A stretch of 60,482 nt of DNA, from positions 1 through 60,482 of IMG/VR virus record IMGVR_UViG_3300040733_000119; one strand, given 5' to 3'. The position numbers and the translations under genes were made by a program. Of this stretch, positions 17,098-27,327 are shown piece by piece. The notes beneath the pieces were generated by a model, which had not been told where the DNA came from, ran no database searches, and saw nothing but the letters and a program-made list of their open reading frames with translations. Within the stretch, counting starts at the first letter, position 1, and each line of letters opens with the position of its first letter. Source of the DNA: a virus (taxonomy: Duplodnaviria; Caudoviricetes).

Positions 17098-19438
17098 ATC
17101 CCGGAAGGTGTTGGCGCAGATTCATTACTCGTTCTACCTTGAACTGGTTCACAGGTACAAATACATACCATCCAGGCATACGAGCCTGATAGCCAAAGTT
17201 TGTGAGCAGATCGAGAGCGGAGTGCTGAAGCGGGTTATGTTCTTTTTGCCGCCGAGACATAGTAAGGCGCTGGCATTGGATACACCAATCCCTACGCCAT
17301 CAGGATGGAAGACGATTTCATCGTTGTCCGTTGGCGACCGTGTTTTTTCCGACACCGGCGAGATTTGCAGTGTTGTCAGAAAAAGCCCAGTTTATAGGGA
17401 TAGGCCAGTCTATGCTGTGACGACAAAAGAAGGCGTTAAGATCATTGCCGATTCTGATCATATCTGGAAGGTAAATCTTTGCCGAAAGAATAAAAAATTT
17501 ACACTACATGATACAGAATTCCTTGCAAGACCAAGAAAGAAAGAAGCAATGGTCACGATACAAGGCGCTTTACAACTCCCGGAGCGTGACGATCTGCCAA
17601 TTGATCCATATGTCCTTGGCGTTTGGCTGGGTAACGGACAGTCTTATAATGCAATAATAAGCTGCAATCTGTTGGATATACACTTTTTTAGGGAAAGGTT
17701 TGAAGAGGCGGGTTATCCAACTGTAACGCACCGATGCCCGACAAATTATGGTGTTTCAAAACTTCGCGCTCAGCTACGAAACGCAGGCTTGTTGAGAAAC
17801 AAACACATTCCAGCAGCATATTTGAGAGCTGGCATAGAACAGCGATTGAGGTTGCTGCATGGGCTGATGGACACCGACGGAAATGTTACCAAGGATGGAC
17901 AGGCCTATTTTAATAATACAAATATACGGCTGGCTTGGCAGGTGATGGAGCTGGTTGCATCGCTCGGAAAGAAGGTGAGTGTTGGTATCTACAGGGCAAT
18001 GCTGAACGGAAAAGACTGCGGAGAGTATTATCGGGTTACTTTCTATATGAAGGACGCTGCTTCTCTTCCGAGAAAAGCAGAACGATGTCGAGACGCGAGG
18101 AAAACTCCAAATCATTATATAAGCGCAATACCGGCAGGAACTGCGGACACGCAATGTATAGAAGTAGATTCGCCTTCCCATATGTTTCTTGCAGGATTGG
18201 CGATGATTCCTACGCATAATAGCATGACCGTCACTGAATCTTTTCCGAGCTGGTTCATCGGCAAGAATCCGGACCGGAGAGTGATCGAGGTCAGCTACGG
18301 AGAGTCCCTGGCGCAACGATTCGGCAGGGCAAACCGCCGGAAAATAGAAAACTTTGGCAAGTTGCTCTTTGATATTGAGATGGCCAGAGACAATTCCAGT
18401 GTAACCAACTGGTCAATCGAAGGCCGTGCCGGGGGCATGATAAGTGCTGGAATTGGCTCAGGAATTACAGGCTCTGGCGCAGAATGCCTAATCATCGATG
18501 ATCCGGTGAAGAACCGGCAAGAAGCAAACAGCCTCACTTATCGGAATATGCTATGGGACGAGTACAGGAATACCCTGTTGACTCGATTGCAGCCCAATGC
18601 GTCAATCATCCTTATTCAGACCCGCTGGCACGAGGACGATCTGGCCGGCAGAATACTGGCGCAGGAGCCGGAAAATTGGACCGTGGTCAAATTGCCAGCA
18701 GAAGCTGAGGAGGAAGATCCCCTGGGAAGAGTGTTAGGGGAGCCGCTCTGGCCAGAATTCGGCTTTGACAAGTCCTGGGCGGAGAGCACGAAAAAGACAG
18801 TTGGCAGCCAGGTCTGGAATGCGCTTTATCAGCAGCGACCGGCGCCACAGGAAGGAGCACTCATCAAGCGCGGCTGGTGGAAGTATTACATCGTGGTGCC
18901 GTCGCATTTTGACGATTTCATACTCAGCTGGGACATGACGTTCAAGGATGAATTGGCTGCAGCCTCCGGCAGCCCGGACTTTGTAGTGGGCCAGGCATGG
19001 GGCAGGGCTGGCGCGGACAAGTACCTGCTGGATCAGATCCGGGGCAGGATGGACTTTCCGGCAACGCTGAAGGCGGTTCGGGCTTTCAAGGCTAAATGGA
19101 GCCAGGCCACAGCGATCCTGATCGAGGACAGCGCCAACGGTCCGGCGATCATCGCATCGCTGAAGCACGAGATTCCGGGAATTATCCCCTGGCCGGCGCA
19201 GGGCAGCAAAACAGAACGACTCTCGGCGGTTTCGCCGCAAATAGAGGCCGGCAATGTCTATATCCCTGATTCCATCGTTGCCGGCTGGATATGCGATTAT
19301 GTGGAAGAATTTGCTGTTTTCCCGAACGGCAACAACGACGACCAGGTGGATGCGACCACCCAGGCCCTGCGGTACTGGATGAGGCCGGACAAGGCTCCGG
19401 CATCGATTAGCAGCTATCGCGACAGAAGTAATCCATAA
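17030..19438 (+). CDS. terL: Terminase large subunit containing an intein (start may be slightly downstream)
   Basis: PPRHSK|S Walker A, IIDDP Walker B, QTRWHEDD, YQQRP, SWD, IED, DDQVDA. Confidence 0.95.
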   Translation: MSQKRRNNSPVFLDDYRLKILTESRKVLAQIHYSFYLELVHRYKYIPSRHTSLIAKVCEQIESGVLKRVMFFLPPRHSKALALDTPIPTPSGWKTISSLSVGDRVFSDTGEICSVVRKSPVYRDRPVYAVTTKEGVKIIADSDHIWKVNLCRKNKKFTLHDTEFLARPRKKEAMVTIQGALQLPERDDLPIDPYVLGVWLGNGQSYNAIISCNLLDIHFFRERFEEAGYPTVTHRCPTNYGVSKLRAQLRNAGLLRNKHIPAAYLRAGIEQRLRLLHGLMDTDGNVTKDGQAYFNNTNIRLAWQVMELVASLGKKVSVGIYRAMLNGKDCGEYYRVTFYMKDAASLPRKAERCRDARKTPNHYISAIPAGTADTQCIEVDSPSHMFLAGLAMIPTHNSMTVTESFPSWFIGKNPDRRVIEVSYGESLAQRFGRANRRKIENFGKLLFDIEMARDNSSVTNWSIEGRAGGMISAGIGSGITGSGAECLIIDDPVKNRQEANSLTYRNMLWDEYRNTLLTRLQPNASIILIQTRWHEDDLAGRILAQEPENWTVVKLPAEAEEEDPLGRVLGEPLWPEFGFDKSWAESTKKTVGSQVWNALYQQRPAPQEGALIKRGWWKYYIVVPSHFDDFILSWDMTFKDELAAASGSPDFVVGQAWGRAGADKYLLDQIRGRMDFPATLKAVRAFKAKWSQATAILIEDSANGPAIIASLKHEIPGIIPWPAQGSKTERLSAVSPQIEAGNVYIPDSIVAGWICDYVEEFAVFPNGNNDDQVDATTQALRYWMRPDKAPASISSYRDRSNP
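17267..18220 (+). mobile_element. Class 3 intein (318 aa) with LAGLIDADG domain
   Basis: Begins ALALDTPIPTP, ends IPTHN before Ser+1; W (DHIW), C (TQCIEV), T (PTHN) triplet; YVLGVWLGNG and LLHGLMDTDG blocks. Confidence 0.92.
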
Positions 19439-19453
19439 CATAAGGAGCAGGCA

Positions 19454-20857
19454 ATGCCGAACTTTTTCTCGAATCTTTTCAATGGGCTGATCGGCCGCAA
19501 CAAGACACCGGGCCGGGACAAGATCGAAGCCCTGGCGGAAAAAGCCCAGGAACCAGTCAATCCGGACAAAACCACCGCCCCGAGGGAATTCGACGTCTTT
19601 CCATCCTCCCGACTGATTGCCGGCTATCATGAGAGCATGGTGAAAGGGGGATTCTATTGGGAAGTGCAAGACGCCTGGCGGATGTATGGCAGCGATGATC
19701 GGGTCCGCTCCACCATCGACTCTATCGCCGACGATGCGACCCAGAACAACCGGAAGGGCGTCCCCTTCAACGTCGTTGTGAAAAACGCCGAAGGTGAACA
19801 AACCGACCAAACCGAAGAACTGCAGGGACTCCTGGACGCCAACTTCAAGGATCTGCGCATATACCAGCGCATTTCAGACATGATCAAATTTGCCCTGCTC
19901 GAAGGGAGCCGGTTTTACCGGATCGTGGTGGACTTTTCCCAGAACAGGGTGGTGGAGTTCCGCCATATCAAGGGACCTCGCGACGGATTCATCCTGGTTG
20001 AATTGACCGAGGGCCAGTTCAAGGGCTGCCATGTCCAGTTTGACTATGCCTCGCAGCAGCCAGTTGCTATTTTCCTCCCCTGGGAAGTGGTCCGCTTTGA
20101 CTGGAACCGCCCGGATGAGGCGGCCTATGGCATGGGCCTTTTCTCCAGCGCCCGCTCAAACTGGAACAGGCTGACCAAAGCGGAGCAGGATGTCTATATC
20201 GCCCGGCATACCAGGGCGTATGCCAGGATCAGCCGAGAGTTTCCTGACGCCAGCATCGAGGACCTGTTTCGGATCCGCTCCCAGGATGAAGAAGACCGGA
20301 AAAAGCATGGTCCTTTGCAAGTGGAATCAGACATCTATACCACCGGCCGGGCCAATGTGCTGGACACCTCAAACGCCGCCATTTTCAACATCACGGATGT
20401 GGAGTATGGCCAGCAGCGCCTCTTCGCCAGCGGCCGGCGGCCGGTTTCTCTCCTCGGGGGCTACGGCAAGGATGCAGTCAACCGGGCTGTCCTCGATCGG
20501 CAGGAGCACCGCTATATCAGCGGCTTTCTCTCCTCGGTCTGCGAAATGTGCGATGCAGCCATGCTCAAGGTCGCCAACATGATGCTGCTGCTCCAGAATT
20601 ATTTGCCCAGGGATTATCCGGTCTCTTTTGAATGGACGCGCAAATCGGTCGAAGACAAGCAGATTCTGGGACAGATTGCCAAGGATGGCGTGGACCGCAG
20701 GGCTTTGCCGCTCTCCGTCTATCCGGCCATATTCGACATGGACCCGCAGGAAGCGGCCCAGGAGATCGAAGAGGACCTGCAGAGGCTGGCGGAGTGGGAT
20801 GCCAAGTTCAACGCCAATCCCTTTGAGGATCCCGGCTTTGTCCCGCCCAAGGAGTAA
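19454..20857 (+). CDS. Portal protein, T4 gp20-like
   Basis: Follows TerL; YGMGLFSSARSNWNRLTKAEQDVYIARHTRA resembles the gp20 QL..MED...IYR.TRAP segment. Confidence 0.8.
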   Translation: MPNFFSNLFNGLIGRNKTPGRDKIEALAEKAQEPVNPDKTTAPREFDVFPSSRLIAGYHESMVKGGFYWEVQDAWRMYGSDDRVRSTIDSIADDATQNNRKGVPFNVVVKNAEGEQTDQTEELQGLLDANFKDLRIYQRISDMIKFALLEGSRFYRIVVDFSQNRVVEFRHIKGPRDGFILVELTEGQFKGCHVQFDYASQQPVAIFLPWEVVRFDWNRPDEAAYGMGLFSSARSNWNRLTKAEQDVYIARHTRAYARISREFPDASIEDLFRIRSQDEEDRKKHGPLQVESDIYTTGRANVLDTSNAAIFNITDVEYGQQRLFASGRRPVSLLGGYGKDAVNRAVLDRQEHRYISGFLSSVCEMCDAAMLKVANMMLLLQNYLPRDYPVSFEWTRKSVEDKQILGQIAKDGVDRRALPLSVYPAIFDMDPQEAAQEIEEDLQRLAEWDAKFNANPFEDPGFVPPKE

Positions 20858-20860
20858 GGA

Positions 20861-21955
20861 ATGGAAATCAGCGAATACCAGCATCTGATTCTTAAGGCCC
20901 GGCAGAACCACTACCAGGTCACCAGGGAGACGCTCCACACGCTGCAAACAGCGTTCGAGAAAGCATTCACGGACGTTGAACGGCTGCTGATGGGGATCGA
21001 TCACGATCCACGGCTTACCGTACAAAGAGCGTTCTGGAAATCAAGACGTGATCAGCTCAAGGACATCGCCGAGGGGCTTAAAAACGGCTATGCCGACGCC
21101 CTCAAGGAAGGGATGAACCTGGTCACCTTGAATGCCGCTGAGGTTTCGGAAATGGCCGAGACCATGCTCTTGACTAGCAAAGGTTATAGCGCCGAGCTTG
21201 TCAGTCCCGAGTTCCGAATTTTGCCCCTGGCGGCAGTGGACCACGTCTGGGAACGGATCGGCACGGACGGCTTGACCTTGAGCAGCCGGATCTGGAACCT
21301 GGAAAAGCATGTCTGGAGGCGGATCGACGGGATCGTGCTTTCCGGCATCGCCCGAGGGCAAAGCGCGGTGGATATGGCCAGGGAGCTGCAGCGGGACATC
21401 CTGGGGATCATCAAACCGGAGCAAATCCCTGAGAAGCTGCGCTGGACAACGGGGATCAGCCGGTCAGTGCGGGGACGCGGAACAATCCACTCCAACGCCC
21501 TGCGGCTTGCCCGGACGGAGATCGCCAATGCCTATCATGAGGCCGAGGTCATGTCAGCTAGCGCTTCGCGGGTGGTTCTGGGGCTGAAATGGAACCTCTC
21601 GCCGGCGCATGGGCAATACGACGTGTGTGACCAACTGGCAAGCCAGGATGTCTACGGTCTTGGCCCTGGCGTTTATCCGCCAGGCAGCACCCCGCTTTGT
21701 CCCCACCCCAACGATATGTGCTTCATCACCAGGGAGATCCGGCCGGTGCTAGATTGGGCAAAGGACCGGCCCAAGCTCGAACCCAGGAAGAAATTCGTCT
21801 TTTCGCATCCGGAAGAGACTTCATATTTGTCAGCTACCAGGAAGACCGAGATCACCCGGACGGTGACAGAGAAATATCAGAAAACTGTTGAAGAGCAATT
21901 CAAGGCTATGATTCGGAGCACCGTGGGCGGCAAATGGTATCGGAGCGTGGCTTGA
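20861..21955 (+). CDS. Minor head morphogenesis protein (SPP1 gp7/Mu gpF-like)
   Basis: LSSRIW, RLARTE, CD..PHPNDMC. Confidence 0.8.
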   Translation: MEISEYQHLILKARQNHYQVTRETLHTLQTAFEKAFTDVERLLMGIDHDPRLTVQRAFWKSRRDQLKDIAEGLKNGYADALKEGMNLVTLNAAEVSEMAETMLLTSKGYSAELVSPEFRILPLAAVDHVWERIGTDGLTLSSRIWNLEKHVWRRIDGIVLSGIARGQSAVDMARELQRDILGIIKPEQIPEKLRWTTGISRSVRGRGTIHSNALRLARTEIANAYHEAEVMSASASRVVLGLKWNLSPAHGQYDVCDQLASQDVYGLGPGVYPPGSTPLCPHPNDMCFITREIRPVLDWAKDRPKLEPRKKFVFSHPEETSYLSATRKTEITRTVTEKYQKTVEEQFKAMIRSTVGGKWYRSVA

Positions 21956-21966
21956 GGGAGGCGGGT

Positions 21967-22221
21967 ATGGGCGACAGAATAATCACCAGGATCCTTGTCA
22001 TTCGGGAGAACGGGACCGGAAAAAATATCCAGAAATTCGACCTGCCGGCAGACGATCCGCTGGGATTCTTCGGAACGGTGGAGCTAAAATTACAGTCCGG
22101 TTCAGTCAGCTCGGTCCAAATCCCCAGGCAATCGCTTCACATCGAAACGGTTAGCAGCATGGAGGACTGGGAAAAGCTAGTGGGGATTCAAGAATCTGAA
22201 ACTCTAATCAGGAAAGTTTAA
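21967..22221 (+). CDS. Small protein, DUF2292/YezD-like motif
   Basis: FFGTVELKLQSGSVSSV; SD GGAGG. Confidence 0.45.
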   Translation: MGDRIITRILVIRENGTGKNIQKFDLPADDPLGFFGTVELKLQSGSVSSVQIPRQSLHIETVSSMEDWEKLVGIQESETLIRKV

Positions 22222-23624
22222 CTTGCCTCATTTAAGCCAAATCTATTTCCAAATTCGATCCTTTCACTTGTGACTTTGAAGTTAACCTGTGAAGGCTCAC
22301 TATTTAATAACGTGGCTATTTCAGAACTTATAGTTCTCGCTCGGCTTATGATTAGCATATCTTTAGATTCTTGACTAGAGATTTTATTATATTCACTAAT
22401 AAGAATACTATTTATCCCAACACTTGCAGCAGAAGCTAAAATAATAGCCTCCGTAATTTTGCCCGCCCATTTGTTAAAAAAATTGTTTGGATCAGGCAAC
22501 TTTTTCAATTCCTCTATCATTACTTTTGGATCACTCATCTTATTACATAACGCGGTGTACAACATAGGCTGCCAGTACCTCAGGACAACCATTAGCCCTA
22601 ATTCTAGTGGATAAACATTATTTTCATCTGGGATTGATTTAATAATCAGTGATAACCTGATTAGTATCTGCATTTGGTCTCTTAGGGATAACTCCAAAAA
22701 AGACATAATCATAGATAATAATTCAGTTAGCTCAGCTATTTCGAATCGCTCATATCTTTTACGCGTATTCAGAATATTAGTGATGCCGAGTTCCTTGAAC
22801 ATCTGTTCACAAAATTGTTTGGAAGTTCGATTAATAAGTGCATAATCAAAATCAATAAACCTTCTTATATATCCTTCGGCGTTGAAGGTTTCACCATATA
22901 CTGATTTTATTGAAGCAACAAGCTGGGGTTTATCCAAAGCCAAAACAAAGGTAACTCCTTCTATATCAAAAATGTGTTTTGCGCATTCAAGTAATTCTAT
23001 TGAATATAATGGGCGGCATCTATCTAATTCATCGATAAAAAAGATAAAAGGTTTTGGATCTGCCTTTAAACTTGTGAGACTTTGAATCAACTCGGTTAAT
23101 TTTGTTTTAAAATGAGCAATAGTCTTTTTTTGCTCATCATAATGCTTGATTTGATCGACAGATAATTGTTCAACTAATTTGCCTAATTTTTTTTCTGTAA
23201 CCTCATTATAATCTAATAGCCCATGTGTTGCTAAATTTAATAATAGCGGCAATGATTTTTTTGAGAGATGGAGAGCAGTTTGCCTGACAGAACTCAATCG
23301 ACGTTTAAAAGCACCATCGTTAGTCTTAAAATCGCTCATTAATGTGGTAAATTCACTAATCATCGAAACAAAGGGATCGTTTACATAATCTGTATCCCAT
23401 GCATTGAAATATAAGCAATTAAAATTATTGGTAATAAGGTGTTGACGCCACATCCGCAAAAATGTAGTTTTCCCAGTTCCCCAAGGAGAGTCAATTGACA
23501 TTACTGCTGGAGTATCCATATTTGAAAGCAGCGTCGTCAGCTTATGAATAGTGTCTATGCGATCCAGAACGTCATTTTCAAAGGGATTATTTTCAGGGAC
23601 ATCAATGAGCTTATGTGTGATCAT
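22218..23624 (-). CDS. KAP-family P-loop NTPase
   Basis: IDSPWGTGKT, FNAW, FIDELDRC, KHIF, YIRRFID. Confidence 0.92.
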   Translation of the reverse strand: MITHKLIDVPENNPFENDVLDRIDTIHKLTTLLSNMDTPAVMSIDSPWGTGKTTFLRMWRQHLITNNFNCLYFNAWDTDYVNDPFVSMISEFTTLMSDFKTNDGAFKRRLSSVRQTALHLSKKSLPLLLNLATHGLLDYNEVTEKKLGKLVEQLSVDQIKHYDEQKKTIAHFKTKLTELIQSLTSLKADPKPFIFFIDELDRCRPLYSIELLECAKHIFDIEGVTFVLALDKPQLVASIKSVYGETFNAEGYIRRFIDFDYALINRTSKQFCEQMFKELGITNILNTRKRYERFEIAELTELLSMIMSFLELSLRDQMQILIRLSLIIKSIPDENNVYPLELGLMVVLRYWQPMLYTALCNKMSDPKVMIEELKKLPDPNNFFNKWAGKITEAIILASAASVGINSILISEYNKISSQESKDMLIISRARTISSEIATLLNSEPSQVNFKVTSERIEFGNRFGLNEAS

Positions 23625-23768
23625 GAAATCCTCGCTCGATCATTAGCATAGTGCTAAAAAAGCTACCAGGTGATCTCTTTAGGACAAGGTATACACTAAT
23701 AATCACAATCTAAGCAAAATGCGGAAACCACCTCTAAATATTAGTTCATTTTGTGGCGATTTTGTCCC

Positions 23769-23889
23769 TTGATAGGGATTTTCGGATTTCTTATATTTCT
23801 CTTGTAAGCCTTGGCGGGCTTCACTGCACCTTTCCGGAAAGGTGCTTTCATGCGCTCGATCAAACCCCTCCGATCGGGCGCTTTTTTTT
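23769..23889 (+). ncRNA. Putative small RNA A (about 85 nt, three hairpins) with its own promoter
   Basis: TTGATA-17-TATATT; palindrome GCACCTTTCCGGAAAGGTGC; 10-bp terminator stem with loop AAACCCCTCC and T8. Confidence 0.5.
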
Positions 23890-23908
23890 GTTAATTCCGC
23901 AAATTCGC

Positions 23909-24051
23909 TTGCATTTGTGTAAGATATTATTACATTAAGGGGATTTTCTCAGCGATTCTGGAACGCAATGGAAATGCATCAGCTTGAGACCTGGGAGGGG
24001 ATATGGTGAGAATTGTAGGGCCTAGTCATCGAGGATGACTGGGCCTTTTTT
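23909..24051 (+). ncRNA. Putative small RNA B with its own promoter and terminator
   Basis: TTGCAT-16-TACATT; GGCCTAGTCAT/ATGACTGGGCC stem plus T run; paralog of 30236-30361. Confidence 0.55.
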
Positions 24052-24127
24052 GTGTTTAGGTACATTATGTATTATTACCTCTGATCAGATTTTGGAAATT
24101 CTTATCCGATAAAAACTAGAGGGAAAT

Positions 24128-24691
24128 ATGCCTAAAGTCAATTATAATAAATATATAAAACTAATAATAGCAATAATTTTAATAAGTTTTGGTACTGCAT
24201 GCAAAAGTCTAACACCACCGAAATGGGATATGTCAGCAGGAAATCCTCTACTATGGCGTACTATAACCTTTTACTTTCTTATATGTTTAGTAGGGATATT
24301 GACAAAATTTATTTCTGAGGACAATCGATTACCGAAAGAGAAACGATACGGTACGCTCTTCAACAGTGTAGTTGGAACGGTTAGTGGAATTGGTATATTC
24401 ATAATTTCTATTATTCTTTTTCCTCTGGCTACATTGCTAATATTAGCAATACTCGCGCTATTAGGTTATGCATTAAGTGGCGAAGCATTGAGCATTTCAT
24501 TTACATTTATGTTATTAATTCTACTTACCTTGGCAATATTAGTGGCTTTGGGTCTTTCAGTAAAAATGTGGACAGACATTGAAATCGATTTAGATAGTAC
24601 TAAAAGGCGAATAAAAGCCTTTATAAGCCTAATTTTATCTGGGATAGGATTTTACCTGAGTGCTCGAGATATTTATCAGCTATTTTTTTAA
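24128..24691 (+). CDS. Multi-pass membrane protein
   Basis: Several hydrophobic helices, AT-rich. Confidence 0.65.
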   Translation: MPKVNYNKYIKLIIAIILISFGTACKSLTPPKWDMSAGNPLLWRTITFYFLICLVGILTKFISEDNRLPKEKRYGTLFNSVVGTVSGIGIFIISIILFPLATLLILAILALLGYALSGEALSISFTFMLLILLTLAILVALGLSVKMWTDIEIDLDSTKRRIKAFISLILSGIGFYLSARDIYQLFF

Positions 24692-24740
24692 TGTAATATT
24701 GCCTGGTCAATCGCATCATATAGAGTAAATCGAGGCGTAC

Positions 24741-26192
24741 ATGGCAGTTAAACTTCGATTGCCAAAAGAAATATTAATTGGTGATAAAACATTACAGAAA
24801 ATATTGGACCTACATGAATTATGGCTGCGAAGTTTGCATCAAAGTGGAGTAAAAGCGGTTCTAAATGGAGCCAATCTCACTGGCACCGATCTCAGCGGAG
24901 CCACTCTTTCCGAGGCGGACCTCAGCGACTCCAATCTAAGCTATGCTAATCTCAGAGGAGCTGATCTAACCTATGCTAATCTCAGCGGAGTTGATCTCCG
25001 CAAGGCTAGGGTTAGTGTGGCCAGGCTCGGCGGAGCCAATCTCAGCCGGGCCAATCTCAGCCAGGCTAATCTTATCGAGTCCAATCTCAGCCAGGCCGAT
25101 CTTGAGAAGGCCGATCTTAGCTGTGCCTGCCTCACGATGGCAATCCTTATCTATGTCAATCTCAGCGGGGCCAATCTAAGAGGGGCCGATCTTCGCAGGG
25201 CAATTCTCAACGAAGCCTACCTCAGTTATGCCGATCTAACCGATGCTAATCTAAGCGGATCCCACTTTCTCAGGGCGAAGCTCAGGGCGGCCAATCTGCA
25301 CAACGCGAGCGCCAGTAGGGTGAAATTCAACAAAGCGGATCTCAGAGAAGCTAATCTCCAACTTGCTGATCTTTTCGAAGCTGATCTCAGCTTGGCCAAT
25401 CTTGAAAAGGCAAATCTCAGTGAGGCCAACATCAAAGATGCCAATCTATCTCACACTGACCTAACAAGGACAAAATTATTAAAAGCACATTTTACCGGGG
25501 TTGCTTTTCATGAAACAATCACTTTTAGTTGGATAATCGATGGAGTGAACTGTGATTATATTTTTCTTGACCAGCGTAAAAAGGAACGATTTCCAAAAGA
25601 TCGGAATTTTGAGCCAGGAGAATTTGAAAAAAATTATGCTGAAATCCCAACTATTGAAGAGAGGGCAGTTTTATCAAATGAGATAACTGAATTGAAAAAA
25701 AGGCTTAATGAACTTGAAATTTTTAGCTATGAAGCCTCAAATTCCGGTGGAATATTTATTAGTCATTCACATACTGACAAAGATGTTGTCAGCCACCTTA
25801 CATCCCGGTTCGATAAAAAGGGTATCCAATACTGGCTAGACGAAAAAGAAATGCTTGTAGGGCAAGTTATTGACAAGGCAATTTCTGAAGGCATTCAGAA
25901 GAGTTGGTTATTTCTAATCCTTTTAACACCCTCCTCAATTACGAGCAAATGGGTTGAGCGTGAGTTCGATGAGGCATCTCACGAGGAAGTTGAGGGTGGA
26001 AAAATAATCCTGCCTGTAATAGCAAAAGGACTCAAAATTGAGAGTCTTCCACCGAGAATTCGAAGGAAACTATGCGTGGATTTGACGACAGACTATGATA
26101 GAGGATATGAGAAGCTTGAGAAATCAATACTTACTTATTTAAAGAATTTTGCCTCATTACGAAATTCTGAGAAGCAGGAACGCGCGAGATAA
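24741..26192 (+). CDS. Pentapeptide-repeat protein with C-terminal TIR domain
   Basis: Long A(D/N)Lxx array; IFISHSHTDK, YWLD, SKWVEREF, ILPV. Confidence 0.92.
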   Translation: MAVKLRLPKEILIGDKTLQKILDLHELWLRSLHQSGVKAVLNGANLTGTDLSGATLSEADLSDSNLSYANLRGADLTYANLSGVDLRKARVSVARLGGANLSRANLSQANLIESNLSQADLEKADLSCACLTMAILIYVNLSGANLRGADLRRAILNEAYLSYADLTDANLSGSHFLRAKLRAANLHNASASRVKFNKADLREANLQLADLFEADLSLANLEKANLSEANIKDANLSHTDLTRTKLLKAHFTGVAFHETITFSWIIDGVNCDYIFLDQRKKERFPKDRNFEPGEFEKNYAEIPTIEERAVLSNEITELKKRLNELEIFSYEASNSGGIFISHSHTDKDVVSHLTSRFDKKGIQYWLDEKEMLVGQVIDKAISEGIQKSWLFLILLTPSSITSKWVEREFDEASHEEVEGGKIILPVIAKGLKIESLPPRIRRKLCVDLTTDYDRGYEKLEKSILTYLKNFASLRNSEKQERAR

Positions 26193-26214
26193 TCAGATTG
26201 CTTTGAGGGTAAGA

Positions 26215-27243
26215 ATGCGCTGGAAGTCGAAGACCACCAGATTAACTAAATGGCTTAATCCGAAGCGCCTCATCGAAAAAATATGGGAGGACGATTTCAA
26301 GATTTCCTTGTTCGTCCTTGTAGTAGCTTTCCTCCTCGTAAACCTCCCCACAATCCTCAGCGGCCGCTATCTACAAAAAGATTTCCTTGAAAGCATGCTG
26401 GCCAATGCCAATTCGATGATACTTGATATTCTTGTGATACTTTGCCTGACAACTTTTCTGATAAAGAAATCAGAGAAACGGCGCGAAATTCAACGGCTTA
26501 AAGATGAAATTGATGATTTCAGAGGTTGGAATTCCGAGGAAGCCGCTCATCGTATTAGAGGTATTATTTTTCGACTTAATAAATTTGGCGTAACCAAGGT
26601 TAACTTATCTTGTTGTTTTCTTAATAAGACCGATCTGAGCCAGGCCAATCTCAGTCAAGCCAAGTTCGGCCAAGCTAATCTCATTGGGGCCAATCTCAGC
26701 CAGACCATTCTTTTCAGTGCAGATCTCCGTCTTGCCAGTCTCCATGGGGCTGATCTCGGTGGAGCCGATCTTAGCCAGGCCGATCTTAGCCAGGCCGATC
26801 TTAGCCAAGCCGATTTCAGTGGGGCCATTCTCATCGGAGCCCGTCTCTGCGAGGCTGATCTCAGCCGAGCAAAACTCAGCCAAGCCGATCTGAGCCAGGC
26901 TAATCTCGGCGGGGCCAATCTAAGTGAGGCCATTCTCGTAAAGGCTGCTCTCAGACAAGCCGATCTCGGTCAGTACGATCCCCGTGCAGTCGTTTTTCAT
27001 GACTTTCCCATTTTTGACGATTTCGGGGAGCATGCTAATTTCACCCGGGCTAATTTAACGCGGGCAAATTTTATCCAAGCTGATCTTCATGGAGTTAAGA
27101 ATATATTAAAAGCACTAGGAATAGAATCCGCCGATTTCACCGATGCCATCATGGATGATGAAACCCGTGAATTCCTTTCCAAGATCAACCCGACCGTAAA
27201 GCCGGTGGAAAAGCTACCTAAAGAAAGTTGCGCAACTGATTAA
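26215..27243 (+). CDS. Membrane-anchored pentapeptide-repeat protein (paralog 1)
   Basis: Two TM helices, EIDDFRGW motif, A(D/N)LS repeats. Confidence 0.88.
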   Translation: MRWKSKTTRLTKWLNPKRLIEKIWEDDFKISLFVLVVAFLLVNLPTILSGRYLQKDFLESMLANANSMILDILVILCLTTFLIKKSEKRREIQRLKDEIDDFRGWNSEEAAHRIRGIIFRLNKFGVTKVNLSCCFLNKTDLSQANLSQAKFGQANLIGANLSQTILFSADLRLASLHGADLGGADLSQADLSQADLSQADFSGAILIGARLCEADLSRAKLSQADLSQANLGGANLSEAILVKAALRQADLGQYDPRAVVFHDFPIFDDFGEHANFTRANLTRANFIQADLHGVKNILKALGIESADFTDAIMDDETREFLSKINPTVKPVEKLPKESCATD

Positions 27244-27327
27244 ATTTCTTGATTTATCGACGGGGCAGAATGGGTTCGGAGAAGGCGATAGTGATCATGG
27301 ACTAATATCACAACATGGAGAAATATT

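Noticed and set aside
18734-21025. Long antisense ORFs (358 and 218 aa) over terL and portal
   Set aside because: Antisense shadows of well-supported genes
23753-23938. 61-aa ORF in the intergenic region
   Set aside because: Runs through a promoter and a terminator; the non-coding interpretation fits better
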